Position numbers and translations under genes: made by a program. A stretch of 60,758 nucleotides of DNA from Basidiobolus meristosporus CBS 931.73 (Eukaryota; Fungi; Basidiobolomycota), in contig MCFE01000538.1 in assembly GCA_002104905.1 (NCBI GenBank), forward strand, positions 1 to 60,758, written 5' to 3'. How positions within the stretch are numbered: the stretch's first letter is position 1; each line of letters starts with the position of its first letter. Shown here in pieces: positions 23,939 to 37,213 of this stretch. Under the pieces are notes generated by a model. That model had not been told where the DNA came from. It searched no databases and saw only the letters and a program-made list of their open reading frames with translations.

Positions 23939-25641
23939 GGGATTAATTAGAGATGTTGGAAAAGGTTCAAGTCAACACTGGTCGATATTCAGAGTGAGTT
24001 GCTTTCTCATAGACCTGAGGCGGTGCCCGAACAATAAGGGTGGATGAATTCAAGAAAACTAGGGAATAATACACGACAACAAGCCAACTGGGCAGGAGTA
24101 TATATACTGGGCGGATGTGACCATGGGAAAATCCACTGCTTTGATATTCCAAAAAGAGCTATGTCATCTCCAAGCGCCAAATGCAGCAGTACCGATGTAA
24201 GTGTGGATTTATTTTTGTTTTCCTCTGGATCGCTGAGGATCCGATCCGCTGGTAAGGTCACTGGAGCGTAATCTAGCTTGATCTAAGACTAGTAAACATG
24301 AATTCTGGTGTGGGAGCTCTCGATTCTAGCGCTTCCTTAGGAGTCTAAGCCATCCTTGCCAGATTACACCAGAGTTTCTAGATGCAACCGGCAGTCCAAA
24401 TTTGGTGCGCCACTTACCACCTTTGTGAGACTGAAGCCTGAATTGATGAGAGTCAAACATTAATGAGTGGATGATGTCGTGAATGAGTAAATCAGCGTAC
24501 AACATCTTAAAAATGGTGCCATTTTTGATTTGAGCTGCCATAAAAATAGATCTGGTTAATGAAGACGCAGCCTTGTTTAATAATAGCTATTACTCTAGAC
24601 GCTTTCGACAATTCTGTTTACTGATTTGGGTGAAGTGCTAACGCACAAAGTTTATTTCAATAAGCAGCAAATCAGAGATGCCATCCAGACGCTTCACTGA
24701 GACTATCTTGCCATTGAGGCAGCCGTTTCTATTCTTATGGCAATTCCTTTTTCTCCTCCATGTACGATGTTATTCAATGACTGCGCCAAGTCATCGTCCT
24801 TACACCTATCCCGCGTCCCCCATTACACGGCAAAAATGAGCTGATACTGGGCTTGGAGTGAAGCATTGAGTACCAGACACCTCGCGCCTCAGCCTCAAAG
24901 GCCTACCTGCACGTAAGTGATAGCCCCGAGTGAAGTTTCACACAGTATCGTTGGAAATCATCAAGTTTCCCGCCATCACGAGAATTGGGTTTGAGTGTAG
25001 GGATATAGAAATGGCTGGGTGGAGCAGTCAACAACTGTGAGAAGGGTGTTGGTGATTATACCGCGGTGCCTCAGTCACCTCACCGTGCTATTGGAAGATT
25101 AAATTGGGACCTATCATAACCAGTTGGATATGCGGTGATAAGCGCGAATAAATTAAAATGCCGATTCATTTCCATTGCTACATCTTCCCCTTACGCGCCC
25201 TTACTCTGCCTGCGCTTTCCCATCCTCGAGATATGGCAAATCACCCATAAGCAGCCTGATTAGGGATGGATTGGTACTTGTTTTTCATACTTGGAAATCC
25301 ATCCAATCATGCGAAGCAGCCAGCAATCATCCTTGACTCCTGAAATTTGGCTGATGCATGGAGCTAATGATCTGTGACGATGACCTGACAACCAAGAGAT
25401 TTGGTGTATTTTCTACCTATGTGAATGCTCCAAGCAGTATATATATCCATCAGAAGTTATTTTAGCAATTCTGAGTCAAATCATATGACCTGTTTGAGAG
25501 CATACATGATCCGTATAATTAGACAAGCTGTCGTGCCGAGTATAAGTGACGGCTCTATGTTAACCACACTCTCTTTGCTCCAAATTCACTGTTATGTTTG
25601 AGGCTAGTTATTCCAGGATCAATTTTCCCTACAAAGGCGCC

Positions 25642-26540
25642 ATGGCGCAAAAAAGAACCTGCTTGGTTGTAGGTGTAGTCGTTTTCATTATCCTCATCAC
25701 GGTTGTCTTCCACAGCACATACATATCTGAGTATGGGCGGGTTGAGGAGCAGATGATGGGACCTGATATCGCCAGCAGTCAAGGAAAGTTGAGGCCTTCA
25801 GAAATCGCTGTTGTCATGGCTTATGACGAAAAGGAATCCCACTATCTTCCTCGCTCTAGAGACAACAAGGAGGAGTATGCAAGAAAGCATGGATACAAGT
25901 TTTTGCAGGATGGTATCCACGACAAAAGCAGAGGTGCGGTAAGTGTAGCCCTCCACTGATATCAGTCGCGCCACAACGCTCATATCTACTCAATATGTAG
26001 GCATGGGGAAAGATAGTGTCCTTGCGGAAGTACATGAAAATGTATCCAAATATCAAATGGTTCTGGTGGATTGACGTGGACACGGTACTCATGGATCCAA
26101 CTATCGCCCTGGAGGACCATATTCTTGGGAACCTAACAAAGCCTGAGTATTCAGAGAAGGATATGGTCATCTCCTATGACTGCAACGGTCTCAACGCAGG
26201 AAGTTTTCTGATTCGAAACTCACCTTGGTCGCAGAATTTCCTTGCCACAGTTTACAGCCCACAATATAGTACGCGATTCGGATACGCTGAACAGGGGACC
26301 ATGCAACATCTGTTCGAAACCTCCCCCGATGTGGCCGAACATTTCTACTTTGTTCCGCAAAACCTGATTAATGCATTTCCGATCGAGGCTTGTGGCGACG
26401 AAGATTACGTCCACTCGTACAAAGAGGGCGATCTTATTATTCATTTCGCCGGTTGCTGGATACAAAGCCGCAACAATTGTAAAGAGCGTTTTGATGAATA
26501 CTGGGAGCGCAGAATCCCTGCCTTCCCAGAATCGTTGTAA
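25642..26540 (+). CDS. GT34 (GMA12/MNN10 family) glycosyltransferase, 2 exons (intron 25939-26000)
   Basis: N-terminal signal anchor; NKEEYARKHGY; AWGKIVSLR; WFWWIDVDT (DxD); NGLNAGSFLIRN; EQ; GDLIIHFAGC. Confidence 0.92.
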
Positions 26541-27228
26541 TTTAGTTGGAGTGTACTATGTTCTTTCTCTGCGGCATCCGTATATATTTACCCACCACCC
26601 CTTCGTCGTTTTAACGTCAGTAAATCCCATAATAAAGATCCATCGCCAAGTAAGGAATAACAAATCCCTTCGCATTGTATTGAGTACTCCCTCCCGACTG
26701 GTAAACGACCCATCGACTCTACATCATCACCATCAGAGCAGAGACATGAGCGGTTGATCTGACTGGTCAGAATTCTGCGTCAGTCAATCGTGACTGCTCT
26801 GGAAGTTTGTTGCATTACAATCTACCTTGACAATCAACTACGTGGTACAAAATTTCGCTTCACAATTATGTCATTCGTGGGTGTTTGTGATACCCGTCGC
26901 TGACAATGGATGGAGTATCATAAACTTTATCTAGGGCCTGGCGTTGTTGATATTTAACTTCATTATGTATTCAACCGAACCTTCAATGTAGAATGTTGAG
27001 TAAACAATGAGGTGCAAAATACCCCGTTGAGACTGGTTAATTTAACTTGCCACTTGCTTCCCGATATGATCAGTGATGATGATATTATCATGGTTATGAT
27101 TTAGCTGCTTGTGCGAGCGAGTGTAGTTTATTCATTGGCTCGGTGCTAGGACCAAATGAAGGCAATCAAATTTTTTGTTATGCTGTAGCCGGATCATCTT
27201 CTTTCATGGAGTCTGGTTAACGCTGACC

Positions 27229-27690
27229 ATGTTTGGCATCGTTAGAGCTATATGTCGCGGGGCCAGAAGGGACCCCATGACCTCCAAGAGGGGCCATAAC
27301 TACTACAAAGGTTAGAAGCCGTACCAGGCGTCAGTTGTGTGTCATTGTTGATTGGTTTCCATCCTTTCATGGGCAAGGGAAGTGGTGCGATGGGCCGTAA
27401 TACCAAGCATGGTTAGCTCGTGGACTGAATTGATACAATAGGCGTTGTACTAAATTTTCTGCTTCGCAGGTGGCTATATTATTGATTATAATAAGGTCCG
27501 CACATATGTTGTCCCTAACCTCACCGATTGCCAGGTACGTCGAGTTTCCCCTTCCCCGAGCAAGAACCTCGCCCTGACCTTTCCTCGCCTTGTTCAGTTC
27601 AAGTCATACGTATCTCACCGAGCTGAGAAGATTGCCACGACCATTAAAGCCGAAGATTTTCTCGCCTCGGCTAGCAAGTCAGTAGTTTGA
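27229..27690 (+). CDS. MRPL27: Mitochondrial ribosomal protein mL41 (yeast Mrpl27 family), 4 exons; not in the ORF track
   Basis: MFGIVRAICRGARRDPMTSKRGHNYYK/GKGSGAMGRNTKH/GGYIIDYNKVRTYVVPNLTDCQ/FKSYVSHRAEKI...SVV*. Introns 2 and 3 are canonical; intron 1 needs a GG acceptor (see findings). Confidence 0.85.
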
Positions 27691-28761
27691 AGTGTGCACG
27701 ACAACAACGATATCCCCCTTTTTTGTACCAATAAATACATTTTCGAGGATAGGCCGACTCATTGGCCGTGATCGCTACCTTCCATGTTTGCAGTAAGAAG
27801 TTGCCATCAAGTTTGGAATGCAGATATGGTTAGAGTCGTGGTTTATTAGCCAAGACAATTCACCATAAACAAGCTTGCTTATTGGCTAGGAGTATCCATC
27901 GCCACTAACCGTAGGCGTGCATCCTACTAAATATCACGTTACCCAACCCCTGCCTCTATGAAAAGAAACCTCTACGCTGCAGTGTGGTGGTGCATATCCA
28001 TCTCTCGTAGAGTAGGACAGGCCGCTATTGCTGTCAATATTACATAAACCAACAACGTTTATGTTGTTGCCTCAAGAGGATGCCTCCAGAAGCAAGTGAT
28101 GTGCTGCGTGGGCTATCTACGATGTGACATATTTCCGACTGTGCGAAGGATCCTGGTGGCTTCAACATCACAATGGGTAATCCGATTCCTGGAGAATGGT
28201 GGAGATAGTCGATGGTGGATCAACATTGTTGTCGTATAATGAGGCCAATTTCCTCAACGAAACAACGCTCACCCCATGGCCGGTTCAACTTCCATCGATG
28301 TCTCAGGCTGTCGGGTTGTCGACTTGACCAAAGCTAGCCTTAACTCCGACTAACCACAAGCACCCGAGTGATCCCAATAAATCCCCTACACATCCTTTGG
28401 CAAGCTGAATCAAACACTAATCTCGTTTCTCATCCTTTGACACCCAGAGCAACTTTCATTAAACTCACACTCATTCTGGACTCTAGTGCAGGAAAGTAAT
28501 ATCATGTTACTATTTTGGGAACATTATGTTATTTGCGGCTTATTGTCACTTGCTATGCAGCATTATTGTCCATCTCACAATGATTTCTCTATTTACGCAT
28601 GATTTTGCGCTTGTCGGTATTTCCTCATGTTGTCATCTACCAAGGTGTTGCCGACTTAAATATGCGGTCCCGTCCGTTTCCAATCTTGCTCCTCCCTTCC
28701 CTCGCACTTCAGCGGCCTCCCATTAAACTGCCTATGAGGTTTCTCTCTGTGGCTTAGCCTT

Positions 28762-29343
28762 ATGTTTCGAACCGAAGTCTTTTTCCCCATTCCAGTCGAT
28801 TACATTGCTCCACCTTGGCCTTCTCTTTACTGGCCGTTCAGACCTGAAGTGGGCAGCGAGCATCTGTTATATTTGAATGGTTCGTAAGGTCGAGATTTCG
28901 ATGGGGTGGCATGATTGTGATTAAGAAAAATCCCTATGTTCATCCGTAGTAACTGAATTTCGTTTACATCCAAACAGATATTTGGCGCTTTACGACCCTC
29001 TGGTCGCTCATATTCGCCTTACTTGTTTATGCCATCTTAGGTGCTTGGGCAGTGCTTGTTTTCCGGAGAAGCAACTGGTCGCTTTCCATCCTGCCCCTTT
29101 TCGTATTCCTCGGTCTAATTTCCGCGTTCTTCACTGGCTCACTAACTGGTAACCGTCGGTGACCCCATTCGATAAGATCCGTCAGTAACTGAACTTCCTC
29201 TGTCGTATACAGGTTGTATTCTTGGGGTGGTATATAAAGCAGGCTCTTTCCGAATGTCCACCTGGATCCCGTTTTTATGGAGTCTCATTCTGACTCTCAT
29301 AGGAATTCTCAACTCCTACTCCACTCTCACCTCCATTCTTTGA
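28762..29343 (+). CDS. TMEM170-family membrane protein, 3 exons
   Basis: MFRTEVFFPIPVDYIAPPWPSLYWP...LYLN/DIWRFTTLWSLIF...GSLT/GCILGVVYKAGSFRMSTWIPFLW...SYSTLTSIL*. Start codon uncertain. Confidence 0.82.
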
Positions 29344-30360
29344 AGGGAGTGGGGGTTTCCACCGAACAACGCTGAAGCAGGCTGCTGCCCACAGCATGCG
29401 TCAACCTCCGCCATCCAGCCAAGAACATTCGTTGCCGCTACATGCCAATCTCCAGTATGGATTCATTTTATAGACGAAGACCAGGACTGCTTGTACATAT
29501 AATATCACCTCGATAGAAAAAGATAATCACCAAATACACGTTAATCTCCGTAATAAACCTTACCCTCGAACTGTGGTCAAATGGGTTCAACTTTTTTGCA
29601 CCAAATGGAGCCGGGAACATGTAGTGGCCAGTACAGTTACGCATACCCATGGCTCTAATCAGACGGGGCCGTGTCGGTAATATGGAGCCACGAATGGTGT
29701 TACTACTGTTACACCATGCTTCGATTTAAGATATATTCATTCAGAACAGATTTATGCTTTTGTCTAGACTTGGTGTCCATAGTGATGGTGCAATACATGC
29801 CCACACCGCCCTACGTCTTCGCTAGTGGCCCGTGAGTTGCTTGTTGGCCTTTGAAGCTGCAAATGCTCTCTCGCCACCACCCCCATGAAACAGACACCAA
29901 CATCATTGTGGTGCGAGATCAGGATCTGATGCCCAAATAGCACTGCATCCCCTAGATGGCCTCCTTGCCCCTACATAGCACACAATATATACAATTCACA
30001 CCATCCCATGTACTGATCAATCAGATCGTGATTATCCTGGCACCAGTGCCATCCCTGATCATGTATCAAGCCAAAAGGTGCAGAATAATGGCGTGCAGGC
30101 ATTACCCTGTGGAAATACAGTGCTCAATGTACATAGATTAATGGCTCACTCATCGAGTTCTATAGAATCGCACCACCGATGTGTTGTAGCACCCGTGCTG
30201 CACGAATGAAAGGTATCTGGGCGAAATCACCTGGATACCACATCATCCTACGATGGTCGAAAGGAATAAATACTAGGCTGCTCCCGCTTGCACACTTCGG
30301 TTCTGGCTTGTTTGCGTGCCTACAGCTCTGCTGTCAATACCACATTCAATTCCCAAAAGT

Positions 30361-30744
30361 ATGGACTCTGACTGGTGTATTGTTTGTGACAAGCATCTCA
30401 ACTCCATGGTACAGTTTCTTTCCGGAGGATAGTTTAGTTATGGGCGCTCTACCTGGTACTAATCTTTCTTGGCGTAGGGTGGCTTGTATTGCAGCGAGGC
30501 TTGCCGACACAAAGAACAGCTAAAAGACTCGGCCAACTCCGTTAACTTCGGTACCCCCTCTTACTCTCATGTGAAACAACCAGCAAACGACTTGCTCCCG
30601 TTTACCATCAAATTTCACAAGAGGACTACCTGTTACCGGCCTATATTCCCCAAGTGTTATCCACCGACAAGAACCCTTTCACATCGTGCCTCGCGGCGCT
30701 TCCACTCCACTGTACTTAAGGAGAAACCCTTTGTGAAATACTGA
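30361..30744 (+). CDS. Ecl1-family (extender of chronological lifespan) Cys4 zinc-binding protein, 2 exons
   Basis: MDSDWCIVCDKHLNSM/GGLYCSEACRHKE; the CxxC...YCSxxC pattern of Ecl1/2/3. Confidence 0.8.
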
Positions 30745-31181
30745 ACTAGCAATCGCCTTTGTGTGTTCGGACCTTTTCTGATGTATATTAGCTACAAATG
30801 AACTTACTACAATGAGACGACTTTTTGCATCGACTTCGCGTCTGAGAAGAGTAAATTTGTAGTTCAATTACTATACTGTCCATGATTTACCATGTCCTTG
30901 CACATGCAGTTTCTGGTTATTGCCAATTATTGTTGGAGGAAATCATGCCCGAATCTGAATGGGAATCAATGACCCTAATCAACTGGTTTATGCACGAAAG
31001 GTATGGCAGATTGCTCCTGGTTGTTCCTCATAAATAACCATCATATCACTGTTGTTTTGGTATCAGATCAAGCCATAGAATCAGCTCAGCAGCTTGGCTT
31101 GCTGATTTGATTTTTCTTGGTGGATTAATTGATCCCTTCGCTCTGGGGTCAAGTAGACTTGGTAGGTATCCTAGTTTCAGC

Positions 31182-34100
31182 ATGTCCGATCAGACGGACC
31201 ACCTCTCGACATCCCCTCTCTTCAGTGAACTTTGCCGGCTCTTCGAATCTGTTGCAGCGAAGAATGTGTGGGACTGGAAGAGACAGAAATTGGAGAGATT
31301 TATTCAGGTCCCTAGATTTTCAAGTAACTTCCACTACAAAGGCCATTGCTAAACCTAACCATAGAGCTGGCGAAGGAGATACGACATGTTTTTTCCTGTC
31401 ATGCGTCTGATGCTCCCGCACGTAAATGCAGCACAGTTTCCTGCATCTGTTTCTTTAGGCTTATGTGCGTTACTTTATACCAGCTAGACAGAGAGCGGAC
31501 GAACTACGGCATGAAGGAGAAAGTCCTGGCGCGAACCTATATTGCTGTTTTAGGCCTTGATAAAGATTCAGACGACGCCAATAATCTGCTAAATTGGCGC
31601 CTTCCTGGGAAAAATCACCAGGTATGTTGAGGCGAGGGCTACTCCTGCATAGAAGCCTGGCTTAACAAGCTGCTCTGAAACAATAAAGAGAACAACCGGC
31701 GATTTTGGGGACGTTCTGTACGAGGTCCTGGTATACCGTTCGGTGGTTGTAGGTAAAGGGAGCCTCACTATAGATGATATCAACGAGCAATTAGATCTCC
31801 TGAACAGATGTGTGAGCAGGTGAGGCCTTATTGAGTTTCATGCACACAGGTAGTAACTCATAGCTATGATAGAGAGGAGGAGCAGGCTATCATAAGCCAT
31901 CTATTTCGATATACCACTGCCGTTGAGCAAAAGTGGATTGCTCGCATTATACTTAAAGGTTACTTCAACTGCGACGATTTCGATCTTTTGCATTACTCAT
32001 AGCGAATACAGAGTTTAGGATTGGCCTCTCGGAGAAGCTTGTGTTTGGGGCCTACCATCCGGATGCCTATAGGCTTTTCAATGTTTGTAGTGACCTCCAA
32101 AAGGTGTGCGAAGATCTAAAGGACCCCGCAATCAGGATCAAAGCTCAGGTAACACGGCCTATTGGGATGGGAATTTGCTTTGACCGCAAGCCTTACGCGT
32201 TTGCTTCAAGGACCTGAGCGTGTTTCATCCTTTCAAGCCCATGCTATCCAAGAGAACTGTTATTTCGAATGTCATCAAGCTCATGAACAACAAGCAATTT
32301 TGGATAGAAGCCAAGTTGGATGGCGAGCGCGTACAACTCCACAAACGTGGGGCCAAATATCAATACTGGACGAGGTAGAGCGTTTTTATCACTATTGATG
32401 GCGGGGCTGTATCGAATCGTTCTTCGCAGGCACTCCAACGATAATACCTCCATGTATGGGTCGAGTCCTTCGAGTGGGTCTTTAACGCCCTATATCCATC
32501 AGCTCTTCAACTCCAAAGCAAAAAAGTAAGTCTCCAGAATACCCGCAATCGTATTCACCTTCTGATTCATAACGCACGGTAGTTGCATATTAGACGGGGA
32601 AATGGTCGCTTACGACCCCCTCCAGGACGCGCTTCTTCCATTCGGTTCTCTAAGGTCTGCTAGCAAAGGTAAAGAGGCGCTCGGCATTCTGGTCGATATA
32701 AGAAATCCAACTGATGTTCCACAAAGATGAAAGCTTGACCCAGCATAAGATCCAGCCATGCTGTATCCTTTTTGTCGCACCCGAGTGACGCTAGACAACC
32801 ACCCAGAACTAGGTATTCCTTAACAGCATGAAGTTATGGTGTTCGATATTGTCTACTGCAACAATACACCAGTGATCGATCAACCACTTTCGGAACGCAG
32901 AAGGCTGCTAAAAAACGTTATCCAGGAACGCGACGGCCATCTTCATATCCTTGAGCACATCGAGGCCACCACAACAAAGGAAATATGTGACGTGATGGAC
33001 CAGGCGATTATTGAAAGGTCGTGAGATTCGATGGGGGGCTGTACCGTATAGCCAAGTCTAATTCCTTTGATAACAGAGGCGAAGGTATCATAGTGAAGAA
33101 TCCACAGGGGACGTACGCACCTAATGATAGAAATTCGAATTGGCTCAAGCTGAAGCCAGAATATGTCGATAGCCTTGCTGATGACTTGGATTTGTTGATA
33201 GTTGGTGTGTCGAAGAAATCGTCGTTTCTGTATGATTCGCACTAACCTGACGAATAGGTGGCTACTACGGGACAGGAAGCCGTGAGGGGCGGATTTCTCG
33301 GTTTCTTTGTGCTGTCCTTGACGACACCTTAACTCTGAGCCAAGAAATGCGGTTGTGTATTTTTAGGGACCTTGTACTCGATGCAACAAAGAGGATTAAT
33401 CATTTTCTTGCAGATTCAAATCTTTCTGTCGTGTAGGCACCGGATACACAATGCAACAGATTGAAAACTTCAAGTTCGTCACTGCTAGCATCGCATCATA
33501 ATCCCCCATCACTAATTCCTATTTCTCAGTTCCATTACCAAGGATCATTGGCTTCCTTATGACGCCCAGAGCCCGCCAACCTGGCTTAATATTGCAAGTA
33601 ATGGTAGAGAAAGACCAGATGTTTATATCTATCCCACACAGTACGTACACCATAACTATCCCCTCAGATCTGGAATGCTGACCCTTTTTCTAGTTCGAAG
33701 ATCGTGCAAGTAAAGGGAGCGGAGGTCATAGCCTCTAGTATGCGGCCCATTGGATAGTATCTGTGAATTAGATGGATTTCTAACAAGCCTTATTAGCCAG
33801 TTACGGGGCCGGCTACACCTTACGGTTTCCCAGGTTCGTCCAATTTCGTGATGATAAAGCGTGGAGAGACGCAATGAAAATCTCAGGTTTGATTGCGAGT
33901 AGCAAAGAAACGGCGAGCCGAGATTAACCTGTGATTGTAAGAGTTGATTCCATTGAGAAAGGAAGCAGCTACTTTGTTTACCAGAAAAGTCAGCGATTTG
34001 TCAATGAGGTAAATCCCACGCACAGGCATCCGTTGTGTTCCCCCGATCTCACGCATCGAACCTAGCAACGAGAAGAGTAAGAGATTACAAAAGCGCAAGG

Positions 34101-35509
34101 TATGGCATTGGAGGCATAGGCGATATACAGTAGCAATATACTTATATGAGCCCTAGAAACCACCTTCCCATTTTCCTTCAAGCTTGACGGGCGCTGTAGC
34201 ATCCAAGGTGGATGCCCTGTCGATGCTATTCGCAGGGAAAGCCTTCTGTATGTCATGTTTTTATACTCTCCATATTCTCAAGTTGATACCGATCCATCAA
34301 TTGCCAGATGTTATGTTTGGGGATGAGGAACATGACAAACACCAAGTAGAAACTTTAATTAAGCTCCACGGAGGCCATTTCTATCAAGATGAAAATGCAC
34401 AAGAGGATACCATCGTGATTTCTGGCATGCTAAGTAGGCATTTACAAACCGAATGTTCGATGCTTATTGCCGCCAGCCCACTAAGCCCCTCGTATATCTA
34501 CTTTACCGCGAGTAGAATGGAGCGTTAGAAATCTGATCAAGCGGGGCACCCACGATATCGTTTTGCCAGCCTGGGTAAAGGAGTGCGTTCAGGAAAGTAC
34601 CGTTCTGCCATTGGAGAAGAAGTACGTTTCCCCCCATGCATTGAGTTGACATCGTTCATTAAGCAATTCGGAAGGCATTTCCTGTTTGCCACATTTGAGA
34701 CAGAGATAGAGTTTTACAGAGGGGTGGACCGTTTTGGAGATAGTTACACGGAAGAGCTGACCAGCGCCGAGTTGAAAAACGTAAGTTCTTTTTCAAAGCC
34801 TAGGTGGAGATTGCTAACTCTGCACCATAACAGATCTTTGCCAAGATGGACGTCTCTGAAGCACTGGACCATCCTCGTGACCTAAAGCGTCGAGCTATCG
34901 AGGAGATCGAACAACGGTACTTTGATTCAGAAAGACTTCCAGGCGGATTGTTTCGACCGTGCATCTGCTACCTTGATCTCTACACAAACCTGAACGATAC
35001 TACGAGCAAATTGGAATATTCAAGGTATTCGCCTACTCGTGAGGGACAGCATTAGGACAGTTGCTGACAACCATTCTAGCTTGACCGCCGTCGAGTACAT
35101 GCTAAGGTTTTATGGCGCGGAAGTATCAGCTGTAATCGACGGAGCAGTGACCCACATAATATGCTCAGATGAGGACTCGAGTCGAGTTGCTCAGATTCGC
35201 AAGTACATTACCAAGTAGGTGACGATCAATGCCAACCACTGGCCTCAGCATTAAACTATGCACCATAGATTCGAGCGAATACCACATCTCGTCACTTCTT
35301 CCTGGGTGTCCGATTCAATCTCGGAAAAGTCGCGCCTGCCGGAACACTGTAAGATGCATTTGGCTTGTTTAACTCGTCAACCGGTAATAACGTTCTCTAT
35401 GGCTTCTTGATTTATAGTATATCAGCCTCAGTGTAGCAACAGCGTTGGAAACAGGTTGAGCGGCTCTACCTGGGGTTTGTCAAGGTTGAAGCGCTTCAAT
35501 CAGCCTTAG
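31182..35509 (+). CDS. LIG4: DNA ligase IV (NHEJ), many exons; 3' end uncertain
   Basis: FFPVMRLMLPH, ERTNYGMKEK, adenylation motif IEAKLDGERVQLHKRG, ILDGEMV, EGIIVKNP, WLKLKPEY, LRFPR, then two BRCT-like segments (AWVKECV; SWVSDSI). Confidence 0.92.
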
Positions 35510-35806
35510 GCATATTTCCTCAGGGCGAAAGAATGGTGTTGATAACCATCTCAACTCTTACAAGGGCCCATATTGGTGCAGAACCAGGAAGTATTGGTTG
35601 ATGGTCTTGGGCAAGCCCGCATCGATATTGTTAGCAGCGCAGCAGCCTCAGACTGATTGAATGTTCGCATAGTCAAAGATTTCCATATATTCGTACATAA
35701 AGTGATGATTTATTACACTTTTATGAGGGAAGAATGAATGGGTGTTACTTCATGTAAGTACAGGGATGGTGAGGTGATGATGAGGATGAATGTGTGGGGT
35801 GAATAT

Positions 35807-37213
35807 TTACTGTGAGTACTGTTTCGCGAGGATCTTGCCGATGGTTTGCAACTGGATGTTGCTTGTGCCTTCATAAATCGCACCAATCTTACTGTCGCGA
35901 AGGAACTTCTCAACTGGGAACTCGCGAGTAAATCCCACTCCACCCATCCACTCAACACACTTGGATGCAGTTCTCTCAGCAACCTGTGAGGCATATAATT
36001 TCGCCATGGCAGCTTCCTTCACGAAGTTCAAGCCTTGCTCTCTCATTCTGGCGGTATTATAGGTCAAAAGACGAGCACACTCGATCTCGGTTGCGATCTG
36101 GGCATATTGGAACTGCAAGCCCTGGAATTGACCGATGGGTTGGCCAAATTGCTTGCGTTGGAACAGATATGGCATGGTGGCATTGAACGCACCCTGGGCA
36201 AGACCGACCATCTGAGCAGCAATACCGATACGGCCCTCGTTTAACATTTCAATGGCATATTTGTATCCTTTGCCGACCTCGCCAATCACATTCTCTTTGG
36301 GAACCTTGACATTATCGAAGTTCAAGCCGCAAGTGGATGAGGCGCGGATTCCAAGCTTCGACTCCTTCTTGGCGATCTCAATACCCATCTCGCGTTCGAC
36401 TAGGAAGCATGTGATCCCCTTGTAGCCCTTGGATGGATCAACATTGGCAAACACCACAAAGATACCGGCTTCAAGGGAATTGGAGATCCACATCTTGGAG
36501 CCATTGAGCAAATAATGGTCGCCACAGTCCTCCGCACGTGTGGTCAGAGAGAAGGCATCACTTCCAGCACCAGCTTCGGAGAGACAGAAGGAACCGACCT
36601 TCTCGGTAGCCAGCTGTGGAAGGTACTTTTCTTTCAGATACTCGGAGCCGTGATCATTCAGGATTCGATTGATCAGAGTGTTATGGATATCACACATGGC
36701 ACTGACCGATGGGTCCACCTTGGCCAATTCCTCAATGACGATCACCGCAGAGAGGAAGGAGCCATTGGCGCCACCATACTCCGATTTGGTTTCCACACCC
36801 ATCAGACCATTGTCGAAAAGACCTTTGATGACCTCGGGGTCCATGGTTTCTTTTTCGTCCATCTCCGCCACTTTGGGGAGGATCTTTTCGGTGGCATATC
36901 TGGCGACTACGAAGGATTGCTGGTTGGTAAGTCTGTTCTCAAGAATACGATGCGGATCAGGTAAGCGATATACATACCGACGTCACGGAACATCTCCTCT
37001 TCTTCAGTAAAGCTGTAGAGCGAGGTGGGCTGATTCGCCACATTGTGGGTGTTGGAGAAGAACCTAGTAACCTTAGTTAACAGTTATCGAAATCGATTCA
37101 AGCTTGAGAAGGACGCCATACCTGGAAGACTGGGAAGTGAAGGCTGGTGCCCAAGTACGGAGTCTTCTGATAGAAGGGCTAAGGTTTCTACGAAGGATGG
37201 CGAAGGAAGACAT
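35807..37213 (-). CDS. Mitochondrial short/branched-chain acyl-CoA dehydrogenase, 3 exons
   Basis: Arg-rich presequence [19 protein letters not shown]; [63 protein letters not shown]. Confidence 0.93.
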
